Notes: a model not told the origin generated them from the letters alone. A stretch of DNA of 63,989 bases, filler included, from Reticulomyxa filosa (GCA_000512085.1; 11 parts of 11 records of this genome joined end to end with filler, not necessarily neighbours in it), one strand, 5' to 3'; shown: positions 26,730-39,482, numbered from the whole stretch's first letter. Translations and numbers: made by a program.

Positions 26730-27927
26730 ATGGCAGCTGGACAGGTTTCAAATGAAGAAGATGAATTTTATGGTATCAGAACAGCTTATTTCACGGGCAA
26801 TTTTGAAGGAGTTTTGAAGGAAGCCAAGAATTTGAGTTGAGTTGTTAAGGTTTGAAAACAAAGACAGTAAGTTAAGAAAGAAAGAAAAACATTTGTGGAT
26901 GTAATAAACAATAACAAAAAAAGAATCAGTAAAAGGCATCCGAATGAAAGAACGAGACGCATATGTAGCCTGCGCATTGATAGCACAAAAGAAATACAAG
27001 CAAGCGCAGCAAGTGATAGGGGATAATGTGGCCACGCCATTGTTGGCAGTAAAGCAACTATTGGCCTATCGACAAGCGGCGAGCAGCGAAGAGAAAGAGC
27101 TGGTGATAGACACATTGAAGGGATTTCAAGCCGACGAGGAGTCAGTCACGGACAATGTATTATTTTGTGTGGCGTGTGCGCAAGTGTTCATCGAAGACAA
27201 TAAGCTGAAAGACGCCTTGGTTTTGGTCAACAAAGACAATTCATTGGAACTGTATTCATTAAACAAACAAAAAAAATATATATATATATTATGTATATAA
27301 TATATATATATTTTTTTTATTTTTTATTTTTTATTTTTCTTTGTCACATTGTCGATACCATAGTCTATTGATGCAAGTGCAAGTGTATTTGAGAATCAGT
27401 CGTGCCGACTTGGCATCCAAGACATTGTCGAGGATGCAAGAACTCGATGACGACGATGCGTTGACACATTTGGCACATGTGAATATCAACTTATTCGAGG
27501 GCGGAGAACAAAAGGCAACCGAGGCCCTTGAAATTTTGGAAGAAATGTGCGCCGCTAATGACACTGTGTTGTTGCGCAATTTAATGGCGGTCGCTCACAT
27601 GCAATTGCATCAGTTCACGCCTGCCTTCAAAATTTTACACAAATGTCGAGATATGGCCAAGCAATCCGAAATTGAAACTCCCAGTTGCACTCTTATCAAC
27701 GCCATGACTTGCTTACAGCACTTAAATAAAGGCTCTCAAACTTTGGACAAATTATTTGAGTTTTGTTGTTTTTTTTCTCTAATTGTTATCACAACAATAT
27801 ACTTACAACACTTTCTTTACACAATTATAGAGAATTAAAAAAAAATGAACCAGATCATCCTTTTGTTATAAGAAAAGAAGCAATGGAGCAGCTATTCGAT
27901 AAAGTTGCACAAAAAATCAAAGTTTGA
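26730..27927 (+). CDS. COPE: Coatomer subunit epsilon, 4 exons
   Basis: Motifs DEFYGIRTAYFTGNFEGVLKEA, ERDAYVACALIAQKKY, SLEL|LLMQVQVYLRISRADLASK..MQELDDDDALTHLA and C-terminal PDHPFV..EQLFDKVA. Confidence 0.92.
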
Positions 27928-30028
27928 TCCTTTTTTAATTAAAAAAAATCAAACCTAACAACAAAACTTCTCTCGCTTTTCCTGAGGTTTTTTTTTTGTG
28001 TTTCGTTGTGGTTTGCATTAAAATTTAACAACCAAATTCTCAATTTTCAAATTAATGTTGATTTGTTATTTCTCACGCTCTTTTCACACGGAAACAATCT
28101 TTTTCCTTTTGGTAATCCAATCTATCCAAACAAGACTAATGTTTTTAAAATAATTGGCCTACTTGCAAATACACAAAATAATGTTAAGTGAAACAACGAC
28201 AACCGATAATAAAAAAATTTACAATTTTCTTTGTGTCCCCGCAATAATATCCAAAAAAAGGAGGTTGAAACAAAAAAAATGCAATAAATAGCAAACAAGG
28301 TTATTAATGAAATGATTGTTATCAAGTCATAGGCTTCGATATTCCTGACAAATGACCGGTTGGAACAAATTGCGCCGCAGTGATCGAAAACCATGCAGAT
28401 TAAAACTAACCTAAAGACAACTTGCAACTGTTTCTTAATAAAAAAAGATTTTTCATTTAGAAGATAAGTGACGAAGATTTAGACACAGCAAGATGAAGAA
28501 AAACGTCCATGTTCATGTTACAATTCCTTTTTGTTTATCAGTTATGGTCGGGTACATAATGCAATGTGTTTACTTCTTTTATGTGCTTATCCGATTAGGT
28601 ACAAGCGTTGTGATTTCATAGCTTATTTGCCAGCATCTTTAAAAAAGCAAGTGTAAACTTGGCAAACAGAAACGGTAAAAATGGCAATCCTTAATAGTAG
28701 AGGTATTGATGCCAAGTTTAAATAAAATAAATATAGATTAAAAAAATTCACCAATTTTAAATCAGCTTCTAGTATTAAAAAATTACAAAGTACAAAAATT
28801 GACAAAATAAGATATTTAGATGCAAAAAAAAGTTGATTGATAAAAAAGTACTTAAAACGATAATAGTTCTTAAATATTTTTGTTATACGCGAATGCTCAT
28901 TTGAATAGAATGCACAATTTGTGCAATCTTTCTAATTAAAGTTAAAGCAAAATTAATGTCTGGATAGACTAAAATAAAATGGACACTTTCTGAATATGAC
29001 ATATTTGAGAAAAGCTATCTCTTTATAAAAAGATTTAACGCTACCTTTTTGTTTCTACTGACGTGAAAGTTTGAAAAAACGCTAAAGCAATACCGTTCAA
29101 AGACATAATAAAAAAAGAAATTTAACATGTTCATCATTACGCAAAGACAATGACAAAACAAATGTAGAGAATCTGAAGCTGGAAAGTAAGTTTTTTGGAA
29201 AAAGAGAAAATGAGTTTATTTAGTCAAATTAAAAAAAAGAAAGATGAAATACTGGAGCCGTTATGACGTTGAAGTATCCCTACGCCAAACCAAAATGAAT
29301 TGAAACAATATCACTCGAACATCCCCAATTCGGGAAATAAGTTTAGACGGAAAATGAATGCCTCCTAGTGTTACTCAAATGTGAAGAAAGAAAAAATTGA
29401 ATTTTTTACATTTTGTCAATTTCTTTAAAACTTAAGATGATTTTATGTTTCATATTCTATCTTTCAATCAGTTTCAAACTTTTCCATTTTGATTCGACCA
29501 TTATTTATACTTTTACTCAAAGACTTGTAATCTCTTTTCTTTTTTGTCTTATGTTTCTTTCAAAGTAATGTAAAATATTTTAAACGATTTACTTCTTCAA
29601 CCTGAGAAAGCCATTGTGGTATTTGCTCATGCTTTTTTTTGGGAATTAATGCAAGAAATTTTAGATGTTTTAAAAATGTTGTTGTAAACTCTAGACCAAA
29701 CAAATAAAATGTAGAAAATCAATTTTTGAACAATCTGATTTGCAGGCTTGGAATTGTTGCTTTGACGACTTGTCCAACAAAAAGCAGTAAACAAAATACT
29801 TACCGGTCAAATAACAAAACATTTTTTTGGAATAGAATTGTTTACTTTGTAGCCTAGTATATTTAGGTTTTCAAAAACTACCATTTTCCTGTTAGATGTT
29901 GAGCTGTGATATTTTTAATAATGGACTTCAGTCATTGCAGAAAAATTTTTCATTTAACTCATAATGATGATAAAATGAAAATGTAGGTTGCAAACATAGA
30001 ATGATGGAATTGAGCTATATATTGCCAG

Positions 30029-31240
30029 GGCGGTTTCAGGAACACGGAACGAGCATTGAATACCATGATTGTCAAACACAAACCCTAGAACCAACACAAG
30101 CCGCAAAAGTACACTCCAAAAACATCAAAAAAGCAGAAATTGGGGGAAAAAAAAACAAAATAAATAAAAGGTCAGCCAAAAGGAGAAAAGTACACAAACA
30201 TGGAAACAAAAAAACAGTGGACAACAAACAGCAAGAGACAATGGAACACAAATGAAAAGAAATGATTTATTTCTTGACGAAACAAAAGACTTTTCAATTG
30301 TTTGTGGCCCATATTTTGACAGTGAAAAGCTTTTGCAATTGCAACAGACAAGTGTTGAGTGAAAAAGTTCTTTTTGCCCCCGTGCAAGCGTAAACTAGGG
30401 AAAACAACAAAAAAAGGCGCTGAAGATTCAATGTGCAGCGCGCCGTTTTCTTGCACGGAAACTTGTATCAAAATTAAAAGAAAGCAAAAATTTAAAAGCA
30501 GCACAGACACGGCTCGATCAGGAGCAATTGCAAGAACACACGCACTCAAAAAAAGCAAACAAAGATGGAGTGCACTGCAACAAATTGGACTGAATAAGGG
30601 AAGTGAAGACCAGATACAAAATCGATTTGTTGCACAATCACATAGTGGACGTGGATGTACTAAAAATAAAGACGGGTATGTTCAGCGCATAAAACAATTA
30701 AAAGAAGCACATCAGCTGCATGTCGCACAAGAAAAACATAAGCAAAAAGTACTTTGCCAAAAAAAAAAACGAGAGTTCGAAGAGTTACTAGATAAAATGG
30801 CGTCTCCAAATCAATGGATTTTGAATAACGGAACAACACTTTCCGTTGACACTCCAGCCACTCGACATGCGTCGCTTTTAGTTGACATTTATAAGCAATT
30901 AAGTTTATCGATCAATAAATACAAACGTGCATTTTCTCTCGCTCATTGAAAGCAAACAATTATTTACATAGAACACACGTCTGCGCGAAAATCCGAACGG
31001 ATGCAAGTATTACTCAAACTACAAGAACAATTGAAAAATCATGCAGATTCTCCTGTTGTTCAAGAGATGTCATCACTGATCCAACGCGAACTAACATTTT
31101 GTATTGAAAAAAAAAGGCCAGTAGAAAGTCTACATGGTTTACGCAAAAGAATATTAACACATTACTCACAACTTTTGGCAGAACCCTCATTCAATCCAGA
31201 GTCTGCAAGAACCGTTTCTCGAACACAAATCTTCACTTGA
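30029..31240 (+). CDS. IQUB: IQUB/FAP253-like radial-spoke protein (IQ motif; 5' exon(s) not identified; at least two frame breaks)
   Basis: GGFRN..SIEYHDCQTQT, STQT..QQTARDNGTQMKRNDLFLD..GPYFDSE, IQ motif ALKIQCAARRFLARK, LDKMASPNQW..VDTPATRHA and ERMQVLLKL..LIQRE..LHGLRKRI..PSFNPE. These blocks are in IQUB order. Confidence 0.85.
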
Positions 31241-31624
31241 ATTACGAACTGATTATTTAAGTCTTTCATGTATTGTCTGCCTTTTGCTTCTTGCTAAGGC
31301 ATAGGCAAGTGCAATTGTCTTGACCATTTGAAACATTTTCAAAAAAATTTTTAAGAGGAACTGTAAGTCGTTATGTCCATTTTTAGCTTAATTATAAACA
31401 AGTTGTGATAATATGATTCTGTTTGTTCTTGCTTTCAATTTTTTAAGGCAAAGTTTATTTTTACTTTGAATTCTTCACTACAACAAGTTAGATGAACCTT
31501 TAACTTTTCAAATCCTCTTTAAAAAAGGAGGATAAATGAAAAGATCCTCAGGCTCGGTTTCTTGAATTTTTATTGTTTTGAATTTAAAATTTCTTATATT
31601 GTGAAAATACAAGTTTGACAAATA

Positions 31625-32890
31625 ATGAGGTATCTGAACAAATGTAAAACTTTCAATTTTACTGTTTTTAAAAGACCTTTACAGCGTATAACAGTACCTC
31701 CTCTGACAAGGAAAAAAAAAGCTTTTTTAAAAAAAATGCTTTTAGCTCCTACAAAGCGACAAACAAAATTAAGTCAACCGCAGCATTTTGATCCTTGTAA
31801 TATACCATTTAATATTCTTTTACGTGATGACTCAACAAGAAACTGTACATTGGTGACCCATGACAGTATACACAGAAGCAACACGAACACCCACCTCTTG
31901 GACACAAAGAACCTGCGATTATTTGTGTGTAACAGTGCAATTTCGACAGAGGTAATGCCGAAAGGTGAACAAGTTGTGGTTGTATTATTATCGTCTGACA
32001 ATGTCAACTTTTCGGCTGCAAATGTGACACCTCCAAGAAATAGTGCTGAAAAGGGTGTGTGTAATAGAATGCTAGCACAAAATCTGGTGAATCACATCAC
32101 TGACCCCCCTTTGCACCATCGACTTGATCAACAAATTGGTGCGTCCGCTTGCTGTCTTTGTATACGTCAATACGTAAAGTTTTTTTCCTCTTTTAGGTTT
32201 GTTTTCACTAGTTTTCCAAGTGATGCAATGTGTATTTCCAAATAGAACATTGTAAGCAAGCGCATGAGGTGACAACACGGCCCATCGGTGCCATTGTGGA
32301 AAGAAATCAAATTACTTTGCCACCTTTTGTAGACAGCGATAAGAGATTTCCACAAAGAGGTTTGCTTTTTTTTTTAAAATTGGCTGTATACGTTTTATGA
32401 TTAGCGACATTTTTATTTTTGCAAACGAAAAAAATTTTTGCAATGAAATGAACAGAAACAAAGTGCCAGGAAAACGGTCGATTTGCTTGTCCCAAGTGTC
32501 CAAAGACTTACGCGGATCGTAAATCATTATCGCGACATGCGCGCACCCATGACCCGCAATACCCTGGTTGTCTTGTTTGTGGGAAAAAATTTTCCAGAAA
32601 AAGTTATTTGGAAGACCATATTCGAACACATACGGGAGAACGACCATTTTCTTGTGTTGTTTGTAACAAGTCATTTCGCTGCAAACGCAATTTGAAACAA
32701 CACTTTGTAGTTTTGTCTCGGCACTCGCTGTTTTTGTTTCCAGCGCACACACACATTGTTTTAATATGTCTTCCGTGGCAAAACACATACAGACGCATTC
32801 TGATCAGCGACCTTTTTCGTGTTGGAAATGTTGTAAATCCTTCAAAACGCGTCAAAGTTTGACAAAGCATGAAAAAAAAAGCATTGTTGA
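31625..32890 (+). CDS. Kruppel-type C2H2 zinc-finger protein (4 fingers, 4 exons; start may be 31737)
   Basis: Fingers [70 protein letters not shown]|[27 protein letters not shown], with a canonical TGERP linker. Confidence 0.88.
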
Positions 32891-32955
32891 TTTAAGAATG
32901 AGGAAAGAAGGGGGGAATGTAGAAAAAAACGCTTGAGATTTCCCTCCCTTTTTTT

Positions 32956-33153
32956 TTCCCGGGTGACTTTTTCCAGCGAAGTTTTTCCTTTGTGCTGACA
33001 AGGAGAACAAGCCTTTATTGCTTTTCAGGTCGTGGTGCGTGGGAAGGAGAGCAAAAAGTCTTGCACAAAAGTTTTAATGCATTGTGTGAACTTTTGGTGT
33101 GGATCCTCCTGAACATGTTTTTTTTTTTTTTTGGGTAGAACATTTCCCGGGAA
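32956..33153 (+). ncRNA. Candidate structured RNA or structured 3' UTR (H/ACA-like layout)
   Basis: Two by-eye hairpins, AGAGCA (ANANNA) at 33048-33053, ACA at 33113-33115 followed by a T-run, and flanking TTCCCGGG/CCCGGGAA complementarity. Confidence 0.2.
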
Positions 33154-36110
33154 GAATTGTTTTTTTTCTCATTGTAAGTGATGCAATTTTTTAAATTTTA
33201 AGAACAGCCTTGAGTAAAATGAACAAAAAGATTATAGAAATGAGGAGCAAGGGAGCAATGCTCACGACTCCCTAGTCGAGTTTTGTAACTGTTGAGATTG
33301 ACATCTTATGGATACGTATGCAATGTCCATGATGCATAACGGAGGGAATGATTAGTCCTTGAATAACTTTGCTGTGTCGTCAAAAAGAACTTTTTTTGGT
33401 ACTGTAATTTCAAGCTGAACGAAGCATTGAATGATCGTAATGTAGACTTTTTTTCTGTTTACGAAAGAACAAGTATTTTCCTATGAATTACTATCCTCAC
33501 TTTAGCATGTACTGCTTTTTCAGCAAAAAAAAACTGGTTACACTTCCATCGTGTGCATTTGTATATTTTCTCAGCAATAAGTCCATACGCAGCACGCTTT
33601 GCAAAAGCGTTTTCAGTTTTCTCTGCGTTACAAAAAAATAAAAGAAACCAATAAACGTTAGACAAGGCTGTAAAGATTGAAGGAACATGGTCAAACCATT
33701 TGTACTACTGCCAAATTTGAAACAGACCTCACGTGGCACTTAAAAATCACGAATACAAAAATAGTATGTTGCACTTGAGATGCTTTCAGATAAAACATTC
33801 AATCTTATAGGCTGAATAATGAGCATCGAGCAGATTGTCATAAAATCAGTGCATTGAGCGCAGTTGCAGTTAAAACGAGAAAAAAAGCAACAGAAAAATT
33901 GATTAAAGTTATGAACAAATTGTAGTGTTAACAGTGATCTCTCCAAATCCAAACAATGACACCTTTACGATGTCACTCATTTGCATCAATTTTTGTTATG
34001 AAAATTCACAAATACCAATATTTGTCGAGAATTATGGATCATTGTTGTGCAATGTTCTGGCGGAACACTACAAACGAAAAACTTTTTCGGTCGAAATGTC
34101 TTAAATAGGCACACAATTTTACAAATATGTCACCCGACAACTGCTCCCTTAGGCATAGCTTTACTCTTTGGTTGGAGCCACACGACTTTAGGAGCTTCAA
34201 GGGTATAAGATTACCGTAAACGACATTGCATTGTCTGTCAAAAACTGATCAGGTGACATCATCGGCTTGGTAGTAACAGTGAAGTGGTATTCAAGTTTTG
34301 ACAAAAAGAAGGGATATTTATGCAAACGAAAACAAAATTAAAGAATAAAAAAGCAAGACAAAAAGGCCAAAAAAGGAGGAAACAAGCGACAGAAAAAACA
34401 AGTGGAAACGAGTAGATTTGAATGAAACTTAAATATAATTTTTGAAAACAAGAGCATTTCCAAAAATATTTTTTCAATCAAACACATGTGCGAAAATTAA
34501 CTATTTGCGACAATGAATAACAAACACAATCAACTAAAAAAAAAAAATGGTCATTAGAATAATTGAAACTTTTTCATGAAAAGTAGTGATGTCTCAAATA
34601 ACTTTTAAATAATATCCACAGGTGATGGAGAACCCAAAAATAAGGAAAATCGTATTATGATTTTTAAAAAGTGTCTGCATTCTGCGTTGAATAGCTCTTG
34701 AATATTTAGATATTCTTTGATTCACAAATAATCTTTTGATGGAAAATGATGCACTTTTGTCCTATCACATAGATAAAGAAGTTTGATTATTTCAAAATTC
34801 ACAACGAGAAAGCCAATTTTTTAAAACACATTTATTTTTTGCACAAAATTAAAAAATTTAGCAAATTATAATTTCATTACTTTTAAACTTTGATTTCTAT
34901 GCGTAGATATTACTAAAAACGTTTGGAAAAATTTCAATATTTTAATGATCAATTTCAGAGTGTTTTTTCATAACCCAAGAAACGAGATAAACTTTTAAAA
35001 AGGAAATTTGAATTATTTAAATTTATAAATCAAGAAAAAAAAAAATTTTTCATTCAACCACTTCATAATCGATACTAACTTTGTTAAAAAAGTAGTACTT
35101 AGAAGGAGAAAGTGTTCGAAGCGGCAATACTCTTTAACATCTTAGTGTTTTTGAAAATTAATTTCGATATTCCAGTCGATAAGAAATTTCTGAGAAAATT
35201 GAAGAAAATCGAAGAATTCGAAGAAACTCAAGAAANNNNNNNNNNNNNNNNNNNNNNNNNNNNNNNNNNNNNNNNNNNNTTAATTAATTAANNNNNNNNN
35301 NNNNNNNNNNNNNNNNNNNNNNNNNNNNNNNNNNNGCCAAAGATTGATCTGCACATCCAAGATTTTCTTTTCTTCTTCATCGTTTCCATTGTCGTAGCTA
35401 TTTGGCATTGACCTGACATTTGAGATTATTGATACAATCCTGTTACGCAATTCGATTCTATAATGTGATAATTTGCTTCAAATTTTTTTAAAAACAAACA
35501 CACAAAGAAAAAGAATATAACTTAACTTAGTTGATCCTCACTCAGGATATCAACAATTTTTTTTTCAATATGAAAAAAATTTAAAAATTATAATTTTTTT
35601 TCTTTTCTTTTTTTCACTTTCATTTATTATTATTTTTTTTTCGTTTATTTTTTTCTTTCTTATTCTTTTTTTACTTATCAAAATATTTATTTTTCTAATA
35701 CACTTTTCTTTTTTTCTTTTTTATTATTACATTCTTTTTTTCCTTTTTTATTATTCCATCATTTTTTTTTATTATTACATTTTTTAATTTCCCCCCTTTT
35801 TACTTTTCCACCACTTTTTTTTCTTATTTATTATTATTTTATTTTATAAACTTTTTCCAACTACCAAAGAAATAATACATACATTTTTTTGTTGCACCGG
35901 ATACCTATATACAAACACAAAGTTAAAATTTATAATTTTTTAAAGAACAAACAAAAACATATTAATAACTTTTATTAGTTGATGATCTAATAATCTTTTT
36001 TCTATTATAAAACACTGCACATGCTTTTGTTTTTTTATTTGAGGATAAACAAATAAATATACAAACATACAAATGTACAAATATAGATTTTTCATTGGGG
36101 GAATTCCTAT

Positions 36111-37286
36111 TCAATCACAAGTATAAACAGATTTTATAACAAATTGATATATGTACATATATAAACAAACAAAACATATACAAACCTTTTTTGTTTTGTT
36201 CACAAACATGGTAGACTTCAACCCCATTTTTTTGTTTGTGCGTTTAGGGAGGGGGGAACATAATGTTAATTTTGGCGGGACGGAGGAACCTATATTATAC
36301 AATATACAACATTTGGACATATAAAAAAACATAAATAAATAGAACAAGCCTGAATTTCTCCTTGCGGAGACGGGGATGGTTTCTACCCCATATCCTTCTT
36401 TCATTACAATTGGTGATCCTATTGAAAACAATCGCACAAACAATAGTTACAAATTGAACATAAAGGAGAACCAAAAGACTTACCTTCTATTTGTGTTTTG
36501 AAATTGCAATGCACATCTCACCGTAAAGCCACAATAGTAAATGGTCATATTGCTCGTCATCCTGAAGTCTCTATTCCAACAACAACTTGTTCCATAATGA
36601 GTTAATGTACATGTCATTGTTACTCGCGAATGACTTGCACAGTTGGATGTGAGTTTGTGCAATATGTGGAGTAGATAATTTTGTCAATTGCTTGCAATCT
36701 TGCGATGATGCCAAGTGCCATATGATAGCACACCTTTGTTGATATAGCACTAAGTTGCATAAATGAGAATGGGTACCACGACCAACTTGTTTGTCGGATG
36801 CGTTGTCACCCAATTTACTCATTTGCGCTAATAGCGCTTCTATCATTAAAGGTATGTCTTGGTCAATGGAGAGAAAACGACGAGCTTGCAGTCACATTTT
36901 GTGCCAGCAATTGCAGCTGATTGGATAATGTTTCCAATATGCGTCATTTTTTCCATTTGCCATTCATCAAGGCACAGCGTAGTCGCATAATCTAATTTGT
37001 TTGTTTGTTTGCTTATTTTTTGACAAAAAAAATAGAAGTAAAAAAAAAAAGAATTTAACATTGCAGTATTGGACAAAGCAGCAAGCGAACTTTGACAATA
37101 TTTTTTGGACATGAAGTTGGAATTTGCAAAAGTTTGAATTTGGACACCTGTATTAGACAGCGAAACGTTGAAAATAGATTTGCCAGATAGTATTGGTGGC
37201 TGCATTCATGTTTGTCGTGACGTTGTACCAAACACAACTGATCACAGACAATTTGTCCAATCAATACTCGCTTCTGAATGTTGGAC
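36111..37286 (-). pseudogene. Multi-exon coding-like region of unknown family with in-frame TAGs and a frameshift (pseudogene or poor consensus)
   Basis: Higher-GC exon-like blocks between AT-rich introns. The protein-like reading NSLWNKLLLE*RLQDDEQYDHLLLWLYGEMCIAISKHK*K runs through two TAG codons. Confidence 0.4.
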
Positions 37287-37386
37287 NNNNNNNNNNNNNN
37301 NNNNNNNNNNNNNNNNNNNNNNNNNNNNNNTTAATTAATTAANNNNNNNNNNNNNNNNNNNNNNNNNNNNNNNNNNNNNNNNNNNN

Positions 37387-37426
<40 letters not shown>

Positions 37427-37429
37427 GAC

Positions 37430-37680
37430 TTGATCAATACTGATGGCAATGCATTGATTATGCCATCCCATATCTGTCAAGTATCGCTCATGTGCACTTC
37501 TGAAATGCAACTCTCTTCGCGCATCCTCAAGTATTTGCTGTGGCTTTATTTCTTCCATTTGTTCGCTCTGATTTTGTTCATACATTATGCTGTCGTCATT
37601 CGCATTTGCATTTTGGTTATTGCTTCTTATATTATTGCCTCCTCCCCCTCCTCCACGCTCTGATACGTTTGCACTCTGGT
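37430..37680 (-). CDS. Exon of a hypothetical protein (possibly the start of a UBA-like motif), truncated at the contig edge
   Basis: Open frame ..EEIKPQQILEDARRELHFRSAHERYLTDMGWHNQCIAISIDQ, followed by a GT donor and poly-T intron. Confidence 0.4.
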
Positions 37681-38129
37681 CTCCTCATTGTGTTTTTTAT
37701 TTTGCGCTTACATTGTTATTTTATTGCAGTTTTTTTTCCCCCCTCAATCATTTGAAATTTTCACCACAGTAAAAGTGTATTATTTGTTAAAACGTCTAAC
37801 CCGATTACGTTTTTTCCACAAGTATATTAGAATTAGTAGCAATAGTAGTAGTAAGGATTTTTTCAAATGGCGAGCGTTACGATGGGATATAGTAAAAAAA
37901 CGAACCGAAGATGGCCACATGTCTACAACAAAAAAAGGCTTCTTAAAAAAAGCAACCCTTTTGTCACCGTTATGTGGCATGTTATATCACTCTTTTTCCC
38001 TTTTGATATGTTCACGAAATGCTAATTTTTGTTTTATCTTGATTTTCTGTTACAAAGAAGATTTTCTCTCGTAGCAATCTAAACAAAAAGGTTTCTAACT
38101 AGTTAAAAAATAATTGCACTTCGTTGATA

Positions 38130-39482
38130 ATGACAAGTGACAAGCCCACAATGCTCGACTCAGGCCTAGTTCCTCAACTTGGTCAGACTGTGCAAAAATC
38201 TATTTCAACCCTTCAAGCAAGAGCTGAGGCAACGACCTCTAAATTCCTAGAGCAAGCAGATGAAGTCATTTCAAAGATTTCTCTGACGACAGGTGTCTTA
38301 CCCTTTTATCTTGAGTTGTTGAAAAGAAAGAAGAAAGAAAAGCCAAGAAAAAAACAAAAACAAAGGAATGCAGTTTGCTCCAGTAAAAATTCCATTGGCT
38401 CGACGTCGTCAAACATTTGCGGTGTTTATGTACACGTCGATGCTATTTTTGTGCCTAGGATTGAATTTTTTGGCGTTGCGCTATTGGGAAGGCGTGTATT
38501 TCTACATGTACATTACATACATAGGATGGAAGTTAGTCTTTCAAATCTTCCATAGAAATGGTGGGCTGCCAATTCCTTGGTTTAGGAAATGTTTTCTATG
38601 GCAATGGTTTGTTGAATATTTTCCTGTCACATTGCATAAAATTGTGTCCTTGGATCCCAGCGATGTTTATATTTTCGGGTTACGTATTTTTTTTATTTTT
38701 ATTTTTTTTGTGAATTATTAAAAAAAAAAAAAAGTCGCATTAAAACATATAAAAAAAAATAAAAAAAAAAAAATAAAAAATAAAAATAATAGATATCATC
38801 CACATGGAATAATAGGAATGGGTGCCTGGGCAGCGTTTGCTTGCCAAGCTGCAGGCTGGGAACAATTATTTCCTGGCGTTGATGTGCGCTTGGTGACATT
38901 GAAACTGAATTTTTTTATTCCATTTTTTGATTTGTTCTTGACATTCATGGGGGTTTGCGATGCAAGCAAAGAGTCTTGCGATGAGATGCTGAGCAACAAC
39001 TGCTCGGTTGCAATTGTTTTAGGGGTGCCAAAGAGTCGTTAGACGCTCATCATGGTGATGTTACTCTTTTCTTGGCCGAGCGAAAAGGCTTTGTCAAAGT
39101 TGCCTTGGTTCACGGTGCTTCACTAGTCCCTGTTTTTGGATTTGGTGAAAATGATTTGTATTCTCAAGTTTCAAATCCCAAAGGGTCCTTCATTCGCAAG
39201 CTGCAAGAAAAACTACAACAGAGACTTGGTTTTGCCATTCCAATATTTCGCGGACGTGGGGTTTTTCAGTACAACTTTGGATTACTCCCGAATCGAATTC
39301 CTATCGATATTGTGTTTGGAGAACCTATCAAGTGCCCCAAATTAATGCCTGAGGAAATCACCAAGGAAATTATAGATAAATACCACAAAGAATACATGAT
39401 GGCTCTAAAAGAACTCTTTGATGCCTACAAAGAAAAGTTTTATCATGAGTCTCAACTTTTGCCAAAACTGCATTTCAAATGA
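38130..39482 (+). CDS. DGAT2: Diacylglycerol O-acyltransferase 2, 3 exons, frameshift at G-run 39022-39025
   Basis: Motifs FAPVKIPLARRRQT, EYFPVTL, YIFG|YHPHGIIGMG, IVLG[G]AKESL, RKGFVKVALVHGASLVPVFGFGENDLY and PIFRGRGVFQYNFGLLP..VFGEPI. Confidence 0.95.

Noticed and set aside
29795-29803. ATACTTACC, identical to the U1 snRNA 5' end
   Set aside because: The downstream sequence is AT-rich with no U1 stem-loops. It is equally the reverse complement of a GGTAAGTAT donor, and it also occurs inside dNK coding sequence.
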